Shown one piece after another: positions 1 to 9,392 of a stretch of DNA of 20,000 nt. Source of the DNA: Veleropilina oligotropha (Eukaryota). Made by a program: the position numbers and the translations under genes. The notes below the pieces were generated by a model, which was given only the letters and a program-made list of their open reading frames with translations, made no database searches and was not told the DNA's origin. The stretch spans positions 54,104 to 74,103 of the forward strand of contig JBEUKZ010000095.1 in the NCBI GenBank assembly GCA_048128005.1, given 5' to 3'. Positions within the stretch are counted from its first letter, which is position 1, and the number at the start of each line of letters is the position of its first letter.

Positions 1-104
1 CCCCAGTCTTATGTCCAAACGAATCTGATCGTCCCACAGATGTCACAAGGCCCATATCCAGGCCTTCTCGTTCTCGACGAATGCCGAATCGTTTCAAAGA
101 TTTC

Positions 105-286
105 GTTACCGAATTCTGATGTGTTATCTGTTACATTTATGGGGCAGAATAATCCCCACGGGCCTGAAGGCAGTCTACCTTGTGACGGCCTGAAGTTATC
201 GAATTTTGATATGTTATTTGCTTTACATATATGGGGCAGAATAATCCCCACGAGCCTGAAGGCAGTCTACCTTGTGACGGCCTGCA
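105..286. repeat. Tandem duplication of a ~90-bp unit
   Basis: 105-194 and 195-286 share ATGGGGCAGAATAATCCCCACG.GCCTGAAGGCAGTCTACCTTGTGACGGCCTG almost exactly. Confidence 0.9.
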
Positions 287-601
287 GCTTATTTTCTCGT
301 GTTTATCATTATCGTCTGACATTACAGGTTCCACTTACGAGTTTGACATTGATCCTGTTTTATAAACTATAATTACTCTCCGTGTGATTGTACATTCCGT
401 GGATCACACTTATTGACTCGATCAGCTCGATTACCTTCTACTTGTTTTGTAAACATATTTTATTATAACGACAATGATAAGTTCTATATTTTCAAGATGA
501 TGCAGAGGAAAAGGTGGTCACGCCATAATATGCATTAGTGTTGTAGCTAGGTTGTCAGGAGTTATCTCCCCGTCGCACATTACAAATGGCGACCTCCATG
601 T

Positions 602-3042
602 AATGAGGAACCGGCGGAACTAATCCGACAGATGGCGCCACTGGGAAGTAGGTTATCCGGTTCGCGACCAATGCTACATTAGCTCTGTTGGTCGTTTTGT
701 GTTAACATCGTGTCAACTAAAATATTCCAAATACTTACATTTTATTTATTCATTTACGATGGATGGCAGTAAATATGCGCCCAAAATTATGTTGGAGTTG
801 AAAACTATGCTTAGAGACGCGTATTGTAGCATATAGGCCTAAGATATTTTGCGGATTACAGTAATTTACTCATACATTAAATCACCATTAAACACCATAA
901 AGTAACGCAAATATATTACATATATATAACTAAATATAAAACATGGCTTCTTATTTTGACAAATGAAATATAGATATGTCCATTCAAATCAAAACGAGTG
1001 ACATCGGATTTCCGTGAACTTGCGTATTGTATGATATTTTGCGCTTTTCGGATAAAATCACCACTGAACACCATGAAAGCAACACAAATACATTACATAT
1101 ACCTAAATATTCACAAATAACAACTTATTAAGGCATAAGAAAGATAGATTTGGTCCATTTAACCACACACGCGATTCACATCAGATTTCCGTAACTTGCG
1201 TACTGTACGATATTTTGCGCATTTCAAAAAATAAAATCATCGCTAAACACTATCAAATCAAGGCAAATACGTTCGCCTACATGTAATAATAATAATAATA
1301 ATAATATAATATGCCTAAATATGCACAAATATATACGTAAATTGTGCCCCCTCCCCATCTATCAACGATGATGTTACTCCTTCACGAGAACACGAATGCT
1401 ACGCTGAATTACCTTTATATATATATAGCTAGTAAATCACACAAATGACAGAACGCATTATTTTAGGATTATAATAGTATTTTATTGGATTGGATCTAAA
1501 ATTGACGCTGATCGAGCTTATTTAAAATATGTATACATAAAATTATTAGTTAACAAATAACTTTGATGACAAAATTTAGGCAATTTACGTTATATAAAAA
1601 ACATTCACAACATTGGATAAAAATATAAATACACAATATATATCTAAATTATGAAAAAAATAGTTATAATATATGTTGTTCATCTTCTGATGAACTGCCG
1701 TCTGAAGAATCGACAGTGGACACGTCATCGAATGAAGATTCGGCAGGGGATACGTACGTTGAATACGTTATCCGTAGACGGCGTAAACGAGTCATCTTCG
1801 TCGCACGAACGCGATGGAGTATTCGAGTACATCCAATATCGAAATTACCAACTTGATCGTTGTCAATGGATACCTTGTTATCATGGATGGCATAAGTAGT
1901 ATTTAGTATGCTGGTGCCAGGTAGCGACTGGTCTAAAGGTAATTCAGCGTAGCATTCGGATTCTCGTGAAGGAGTAACATCATCGTTGATAGAGGGGGGG
2001 GGGGGCATGATTTACTCAAATCCACGTTGGAATTCGCAAAATATATATTTAATATGGTGAAATACGTATTTATTTGTGCATATTTAGGTATATGTAACGT
2101 TTTTCCTTGATTTGATAGTATTTAGCGATGATTTTATTTGAAATGCGCAAAATATCGCACAGTAGGCCTACGCAAGTTACGGAAATCTGATGTGAGTCGC
2201 GTGTGTGGTTGAATGGACCAAATCTATATTTCATATGCTAAGCTTTAATAAGTAGTTATTTGTGAATATTTAGGTATATGTAATGTATTTGTGTTGCTTT
2301 CATGGTGATTTTATACGAAAAGCGCAAAATATCATACAATACGCAAGTTCGCGAAAATCCGATAGTGTCACTCGTTTTGATTTGAATGGACATATTTATG
2401 TTTCATTTGGCAAAATAAGTAGTCATTCTTTATATTATAGTTATATGTAATATATTTGCGCTGCTTTCATGGTGTTTAATGGTGATTTAATGTATAAGTA
2501 ATCCGCAAAATAACTTAGGCCTTTGCTACAAACCGCGGAATACGCAATTTTACGGAAATCTGATGTTAGTCGTTATGATTTGAATGGGCCAAATTTAAGT
2601 TTCATATTTCCAAAAATGTACTTGCTTGTGTATATTTAGTTGTATGTAATGCATTTACGTTGCCTTCATCGTGTTTATTAGTGATTTTCTTTCGATCAAA
2701 AATTAATTTAAATATATAAGACATAGCCTAATATGCGTTTCGTCCAAAAATCGATGTGGACCAAGGGACGAACAAATATCTCTTTTATCGTTATCGGATT
2801 GACTTTTCTTCTCTAACGAAGCAAGTGGGGCCAAGATAAATATGTAATGCATTGCATGATAAGTACGTTTCCTTTATTACTGTTTTTTTCTGGTTGGTGA
2901 AACGATGGCCCCATTACATCTGCGAACCGAACAGTGAACTGGAATTGTGTTTACCTATTCAAGTTATTCAAGACGGCCTTGTGACATGACCTACTGTTGC
3001 GCGCGACATCTAGCGGCAGCTGTGGAGTGCCGGTTCCTCGTT
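602..3042. mobile_element. Foldback-like element, or two inverted copies of one DNA-transposon family, with ~600-bp inverted arms built from ~180-200-bp subrepeats
   Basis: Terminal IR AATGAGGAACCGGC (602-615) and GCCGGTTCCTCGTT (3029-3042). The segment ~820-1417 is the diverged reverse complement of 1934-~2545. Each arm contains tandem subunits (TGCGTA..GATATTTTGCGC..AAATCACCA..GTCCATT..GATTTCCGT), with an extra subunit at ~2540-2697. Confidence 0.75.
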
Positions 3043-3109
3043 GTGCAGTACTTAATTAATTAAAGCCTATTTGAATTCCAAGTTAGTTCGTGTTTCGGTC
3101 AAGGGGAAC

Positions 3110-3330
3110 AGGTAGATGGTCTATAGATCTTACTGGCGCTGGTGTTAAGGTGGTTAATGGGTGTACTGGCAAAGACAGATCAACAGGCAACTATACATGT
3201 ATGACCAGGCAAGGATCCAGCGTTGTTGATTACTTTATTGTTTCTCCCAATGTATGTATGTTAGTCAATGAATTTCAAGTGTATGATTTCAATGCTTTGT
3301 CTGATCGTGCAGCCATGTCTTGTAAATCTT
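3110..3330 (+). pseudogene. Non-LTR retrotransposon APE-type endonuclease fragment (C-terminal part)
   Basis: Translation VKVVNGCTGKDRSTGNYTCMTRQGSSVVDYFIVSP...FQV...LSDR matches the LINE endonuclease pattern NG..D..G.(F/Y)TC...G.SVVDY...SDH. The catalytic SDH is mutated to SDR and a stop follows. Confidence 0.85.
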
Positions 3331-4159
3331 TTGTAGATAAAAGAACTCGAAATATTCCATAATTGTCTAATATTAGGGGCACCTTTACCTGGCAACGTTC
3401 ACCTGTGAAATGATGTCAGCGAGCTGTTTTTCCAAAACGAGGGTATTACTGTCTCGCACATTCTGCTACAATATTATTCATCCGGGGGACATCACGGAAA
3501 TATAATTTATCGTACAGAAAAGCTCTATAAAACGATGTAAAACCTATTTTACGGCAGTGGACATTTAATATCTCTTCCGATCGGACAAGATTTTGAGCGG
3601 GTGAATTTATTTTGTAAGGTTATTGTACTACTTTATACTTATTATCGTGAGGTCCCAGTATAATATATTGTAAACTTTGATTTTGTATAAAAGATATATT
3701 TTATGACCAATTTTTTAGAAGGTCAAATAGTTTAATACTAATTATAGATCGTTTTGAATTGTTTTTTTCGCCGTCAAAGGATCCATCTCATTCATTTGGT
3801 TATAATTTAAAATTGTGTAACATCAAAAATGCGGATTGCGGATTAGTGCGAAAATTTCCGTAATTTCAGCCACTTATTGTGCTTTATATTATTATTTTCC
3901 GCAACTCAAAATTTTTAACGATTCAACTTTTTCATATAACCCTGACATGACGTCATCTAACTTGCACTTCCTTTAGCAAGTCATAAACAGCGAACATAGC
4001 CGACAAGTGTTTGGTAGGAAATGAGTTCTAACTCTATTTTAGCGTATGGGTGAGTAATTAATTATAGTAATATATCTTCCATATGGTGACTGTTTTCATC
4101 ACAACACATCACCATCGTGTTGATTGTGAATTTAATACGATTTTTGTGTGCCATGGGTG

Positions 4160-4603
4160 TATGGAGCCGAATAGGTGCAAAAATTCTACATCCTACATTC
4201 TTTATTCTACATCCATCATTCATCATGCTACATGGTAAAATACAAGGTGCAAAAATTCTACATCCTACATTCTTTATTCTACATCCTACATTCTTTATTC
4301 TACATCCTACATTCTTTATTCTACATCCTATATTCTTTATTCTACATCCTACATTCTTTATTCTACATCCTACATTCTTTATTCTACATCCTATATTCTT
4401 TATTCTACATCCTACATTCTTTATTCTACATGATAAAAACGGTTATAGAATAAATATGTATACAGTTAGAAGCATATTAGCAGCTACAACTTGGAACTCG
4501 CATGTTCGTGTTGGCATGTTGAGGCTACCATGTAGCATGATGAATGATGGATGTAGAATAAAGAATGTAGGATGTAGAATTTTTGCACCTATTCGGCGCC
4601 ATA
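4160..4603 (+). mobile_element. IS3EU-like MITE, copy A, with a 21-bp minisatellite
   Basis: ~78-bp TIRs TATGGAGCCG.../...CGGCGCCATA. About 8 tandem TCTACATCCTAYATTCTTTAT units. TAY..RTA termini plus a 6-bp TSD is the IS3EU signature. Confidence 0.75.
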
Positions 4604-4716
4604 CGTATTATGCTATCTCAATTCTTCCTGATAGATGGCGCTGCGGTGTTAAAGTGTGAAACTAACCGCTCCCTAGCTGTCACTCGTCGCTGAGAGCGAA
4701 GGTAATATCGGTATCA

Positions 4717-4791
4717 TGTATATTATGTTTAACCTGTGACTGCTTAGTACTACTGACTCTTATATCAGTCACAGGTTAAACATAATATACA
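4717..4791. repeat. Perfect 26-bp-arm hairpin at the centre of the host palindrome; second copy at 6821-6891
   Basis: TGTATATTATGTTTAACCTGTGACTG (4717-4742) and CAGTCACAGGTTAAACATAATATACA (4766-4791). Confidence 0.95.
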
Positions 4792-5421
4792 CAGTGCTCG
4801 ACAGTGCGACCACTTTGGTCGCGTTTGCGACTTGATTTTAACGTTTGCGACTTGATTTTAACGTTTGCGACCAAAAATAAATTCACAGTCGCATTGCGCG
4901 CGTATATATCGTTTTAGGCTGTGCGACCTATAAATAAATCCCAAATTAATCAGTGTATGACTTGCTATCCTTGCACATTTTATAGATTAAAACTATAAGG
5001 TATATATTAGTTATTCGATCGACTGATTATCCAAGTGAGGTTGTTGGTGACTTTCAGCGTTCCCGCATGCTTCGAGCAAGCTTATTCATTGCCATATCCC
5101 AATCGGAGAATTGCTCGCAATACTCCGTCAAACATCGTGGCAACTGGCACAATATATCCCGAGAACTGACGGAAAATAACGAGCGTTCTACTTTTTGACC
5201 TCAGCGTAAAGCCTATCGAAATCGCAATGCAATTTGAAGACTTCGCCGTTTCACGATATGTGACGTTATGTCGCAGTCAAATATATCCAAATTTGTTGTC
5301 TGTATGGCAGCGCAGTAATAAATCTGACACTGGCGAGAGTGAGTCTGAACAGAACAGCAATGGGAAATTTTCATTTCAATCAAAGTGGCTCCCTGATGTA
5401 TTGTAATTCAGTTTCCCAGAT

Positions 5422-5598
5422 CACAGTCCCCCGGACGACCCGTCACACATAAAAAAAAATGTATCGAAATCGCCAGGCAAATGCCCCAGATATTGATTGC
5501 TATACAACATAGGTTGTATAGCAATCAATATCTGGGGAATTTGCCTGGCGATTTCGATACATTTTTTTTATGTGTGACGGGTCGTCCGGGGGACTGTG
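5422..5598. mobile_element. Palindromic MITE with a 7-bp TSD (CA..TG ends, P-like signature); second copy at 7861-8041
   Basis: ~86-bp near-perfect arms CACAGTCCCCCGGACGACCCG...CGGGTCGTCCGGGGGACTGTG with a 4-nt loop. CCCAGAT lies at 5415-5421 and 5599-5605. Confidence 0.8.
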
Positions 5599-5636
5599 CC
5601 CAGATCACATGACATGATAAAATAAACTTTAAATTC

Positions 5637-6040
5637 AAGCGCGGATCCAGGGGGGGGTGCGCACCCGGCGCGCGCCCCCCCCCCACCCTAAAGTTGGCCA
5701 AGCATACTAAAATAATATGTATAATCTGATACAAATGACTTTCAGAACATTATAAATAGGCTAGCTGTTGCAATGTAATAATGCAGGTTGGGGATTTCAC
5801 ATCGTCAAAATTTTCTTGCGCGTGGGGTCGGACAATTCGATTATGACAAAATAAAATTAAAATTTGACTCGTTCTATTTGAGTGACGGTGGTTCATAAAA
5901 AGTTAGAATGAAATATCGCTTTTGCCCTGCCAGAGTGCAGGAGAGGGGGTTTCAAGCTGTTGATTCTTAAAATTTTCTTTCGCGCGGGGCCCCGCCCGCA
6001 CGCGAACAGTTGATAATAAATTCAGCGCCCCCCCCTAAGA
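5637..6040 (+). repeat. Partial GC-rich MITE-like relic (GCGGATCCAGGGGGG type); second copy at ~8079-8475
   Basis: Starts CAAGCGCGGATCCAGGGGGGGGTGCGCAC..GCGCGCGCCCCC and ends AGCGCCCCCCCTAAG. No matching right terminus was found. Confidence 0.4.
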
Positions 6041-6363
6041 GAAATTGATTAATAATTTCCCTTGAATTGTCTTTATTCTGTTAATACTCTGAAGTTGAGT
6101 GTACATAGAGAGAAAGCAATTATACCGTTGTGCTTTCATAGCACATTACCTTCCATTAATTAATATTGCTATATATACAGGATTGCGCTGTCCAAAACTA
6201 TTGCTACCAAACTGCGCTCCTATATTTGAATGTGCGCTTCTAAATTTTAATCTGCGCTCCTAAATCTTAAAACTAAGGAGCGTTGCGCTCCTGGATTGAA
6301 AAGTGAGCGTAGAGCACTGATACATGATACCGATATTACCTTTCGTTCAACGAGGCTCTCAGC

Positions 6364-6707
6364 TATGGAGCCGAATAGGTGCAAAAATTCTACATCCTAC
6401 ATTCTTTATTCTACATCCTACATTCTTTATTCTACATCCTATATTCTTTATTCTACATCCTACATTCTTTATTCTACATCCTACATTCTTTATTCTACAT
6501 CCTATATTCTTTATTCTACATCCTACATTCTTTATTCTACATGATAAAAACGGTTATAGAATAAATATTTATACAGTTAGAAGCATATTAGCAGCTACAA
6601 CTTGGAACTCGCATGTTCGTGTTGGCATGTTGAGGCTACCATGTAGCATGATGGATGTAGAATAAAGAATGTTGGATGTAGAATTTTTGCACCTATTCGG
6701 CGCCATA
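6364..6707 (+). mobile_element. IS3EU-like MITE, copy B, with a deletion near the left TIR
   Basis: Same termini and 21-bp array (7 units) as copy A. Lacks the CCATCATTCATCATGCTACATGGTAAAATACAAGG block. Confidence 0.75.
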
Positions 6708-7142
6708 CGTATTATGCTATCTCAATTCTTCCTGATAGATGGCGCTGCGGTGTTAAAGTGTGAAACTAACCGCTCCCTAGCTGTCACTCGTCGCTGAGAG
6801 CGAAGGTAATATCGGTATCATGTATATTATGTTTAACCTGTGACTGCTTAGTACTACTCTTATATCAGTCACAGGTTAAACATAATATACACAGTGCTCG
6901 ACAGTGCGACCACTTTGGTCGCGTTTGCGACTTGATTTTAACGTTTGCGACCAAAAATAAATTCAGTCGCATTGCGCGCGTATATCGTTTTAGGCTGTGC
7001 GACCTATAAATAAATCCCAAATTAATCAGTGTATGACTTGCTATCCTTGCACATTTTATAGATTAAAACTATAAGGTATATATTAGTTATTCGATCGACT
7101 GATTATCCAAGTGAGGTTGTTAGTGACTTTCAGCGTTCCCGC

Positions 7143-7230
7143 CATCGTCGGCAACCCACGGCTAGTCTCATTTCGGTCCCCTGTTAATGTAGGGGACCGA
7201 AATGAGACTAGCCGTGGGTTGCCGACGATG
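7143..7230. mobile_element. 88-bp perfect-hairpin MITE with a 9-bp TSD (AcademH- or MULE-type signature)
   Basis: 40-bp perfect arms CATCGTCGGCAACCCACGG...CCCT and AGGGG...CCGACGATG with an 8-nt loop. TSD CGTTCCCGC 7134-7142 and CGTCCCCGC 7231-7239. Empty site with one copy of the target at 5058-5066. Confidence 0.88.
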
Positions 7231-7527
7231 CGTCCCCGCATGCTTCGAGCAAGCTTATTCATTGCCATATCCCAATCGGAGAATTGCTCGCAATACTCCG
7301 TCAAACATCGTGGCAACTGGCACAATATATCCCGAGAACTGACGGAAAATAACGAGCGTTCTACTTTTGACCTCAGCGTAAAGCCTATCGAAATCGCAAT
7401 GCAATTTGAAGACTTCGCGGTTTCACGATATGTGACGTTATGTCGCAGTCAAATATATCCAAATTTTTTGTCTGTATGGCAGCGCAGTAATAAATCTGAC
7501 ACTGGCGAGAGTGAGTCTGAACAGAAT

Positions 7528-7791
7528 AGTGTGATCTCGCTGACGTCATCATCCGCCATGTTGGAGTACAAACAAATGCATCATGGCCGCTAGAAAACGT
7601 GCAGCCATAGACAGCACAAAAGTTCACCATGGTGGCCAGGTTCAATACAAAGGATAGTGTTTGCCGTGAATTGCGAAAGCGTGACTGAATGTTGTTTATG
7701 TCTTAAGCGTGCTTTGTTGACACGTGCAATGCTTTGTGTGTACTCCAACATGGCCGACCCTGGAAATCGTGACGTCACGCGAGATGACACT
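7528..7791 (-). mobile_element. ISL2EU/Harbinger-like deletion derivative retaining the start of a THAP domain
   Basis: AT|AGTGTGATCTCGC.TGACGTCA ... TGACGTCACGCGAGATGACACT|AT. Inner IR GCCATGTTGGAGTACA / TGTACTCCAACATGGC. Minus-strand GCCACCATGG starts MVNFCAVYGC (7630-7601). Absent from the paralogous site at ~5352-5360. Confidence 0.75.
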
Positions 7792-8884
7792 ATAGCAAAT
7801 GGGAAATTTTCATTTCAATCAAAGTGGCTCCCTGATGTATTGTAATTCAGTTTCCCAGATCACAGTCCCCCGGACGACCCGTCACACATAAAAAAAAATG
7901 TATCGAAATCGCCAGGCAAATGCCCCAGATATTGATTGCTATGCAACATATATAGGTTGTATAGCAATCAATATCTGGGGAATTTGCCTGGCGATTTCGA
8001 TACATTTTTTTTATGTGTGACGGGTCGTCCGGGGGACTGTGCCCAGATCACATGACATGATAAAATAAACTTTAAATTCAAGCGCGGATCCAGGGGGGGT
8101 GCGCACGCGGCGCGCGCCCCCACCCTAAAGTTGGCCAAGCATACTAAAATAATATGTATAATCTGATACAAATGACTTTCAGAACATTATAAATAGGCTA
8201 GCTGTTGCAATGTAATAATGCAGGTTGGGGATTTCACATCGTCAAAATTTTCTTGCGCGTGGGGTCGGACAATTCGATTATGACAAAATAAAATTAAAAT
8301 TTGACTCGTTCTATTTGAGTGACGGTGGTTCATAAAAAGTTAGAATGAAATATCGCTTTTGCCCTGCCAGAGTGCAGGAGAGGGGGTTTCAAGCTGTTGA
8401 TTCTTAAAATTTTCTTTCGCGTGGGGCCCCGCCCGCACGCGAACAGTTGATAATAAATTCAGCGCCCCCCCTAAGCGAAATTGATAAATAATTTCCCTTG
8501 AAATGTCTTTATTCTGTTAATACTCTGAAGTTGAGTGTACATAGAGAGAAAGCAATTATACCGTTGTGCTTTCATAGCACATTACCTTCCATTAATTAAT
8601 ATTGCTATATATACAGGATTGCGCTGTCCAAAACTATTGCTACCAAACTGCGCTCCTATATTTGAATGTGCGCTTCTAAATTTTAATCTGCGCTCCTAAA
8701 TCTTAAAACTAAGGAGCGTTGCGCTCCTGGATTGAAAAGTGATCGTAGAGCACTGATACATGATACCGATATTACCTTTCGTTCAACGAGGCTCTCAGCG
8801 ACGAGTGACAGCTAGGGAGCGGTTAGTTTCACACTTTAACACCGCAGCGCCATCTATCAGGAAGAATTGAGATAGCATAATACG

Positions 8885-9321
8885 TATGGCGCCGAATAGG
8901 TGCAAAAATTCTACATCCTACATTCTTTATTCTACATCCATCATGCTACATGGTAGCCTCAACATGCCAACACGAACATGCGAGTTCCAAGTTGTAGCTG
9001 CTAATATGCTTCTAACTGTATACATATTTATTCTATAACCGTTTTTATCATGTAGAATAAAGAATGTAGGATGTAGAATAAAGAATATAGGATGTAGAAT
9101 AAAGAATGTAGGATGTAGAATAAAGAATGTAGGATGTAGAATAAAGAATATAGGATGTAGAATAAAGAATGTAGGATGTAGAATAAAGAATGTAGGATGT
9201 AGAATAAAGAATGTAGGATGTAGAATTTTTGCACCTTGTATTTTACCATGTAGCATGATGAATGATGGATGTAGAATAAAGAATGTAGGATGTAGAATTT
9301 TTGCACCTATTCGGCTCCATA
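8885..9321 (-). mobile_element. IS3EU-like MITE, copy C (inverted)
   Basis: Reverse complement of copy A, except for a 7-bp deletion in the inner TIR that it shares with copy B. Confidence 0.75.
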
Positions 9322-9392
9322 TGGGTGTCCCTACTAATATCATTGATGTTGTAGAATCGAAAGCCGACAAGAGTGCCGCAGATTAAACTAAA

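Larger units (their letters stand above)
4792..6319. mobile_element. hAT-like non-autonomous element, copy 1
   Basis: CAGTGCTC...GAGCACTG termini. Clustered subterminal TGCGAC motifs on the left and TGCGCTCC motifs on the right. ATACA flanks both sides (4787-4791 and 6320-6324). Confidence 0.7.
6892..8755. mobile_element. hAT-like non-autonomous element, copy 2, carrying two extra nested MITEs
   Basis: Near-identical to 4792-6319 apart from insertions at 7143-7230 and 7528-7791. Same ATACA flanks. Confidence 0.7.
4160..9321. mobile_element. 5,162-bp composite non-autonomous DNA element with ~560-bp inverted arms and a TSD
   Basis: TGGGTG flanks both ends (4154-4159 and 9322-9327; also readable as 8-bp ATGGGTGT). 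Termini TATGGAGCCGAATAGG...CCTATTCGGCTCCATA. 4160-4721 is the near-perfect reverse complement of 8756-9321. Confidence 0.88.

Noticed and set aside
1688..1740. Hammerhead ribozyme cores CTGATGA/CTGAAGA (also 13857-13863, and CTGAAGG at 164 and 256)
   Set aside because: No stem II followed by GAAA and no stem III/UH cleavage site could be built.
7083..7593. 160-aa and 80-aa ORFs across the 88-bp hairpin
   Set aside because: They cross MITE junctions and read the palindrome on both strands, and the paralogous copy at 5030-5360 has an indel that breaks the frame.
4117..9370. ORFs with (ILHPTFF)n, (YILHSLF)n and (STSYILY)n repeats
   Set aside because: They are stop-free readings of a 21-bp minisatellite in all three frames inside MITEs, not genes.
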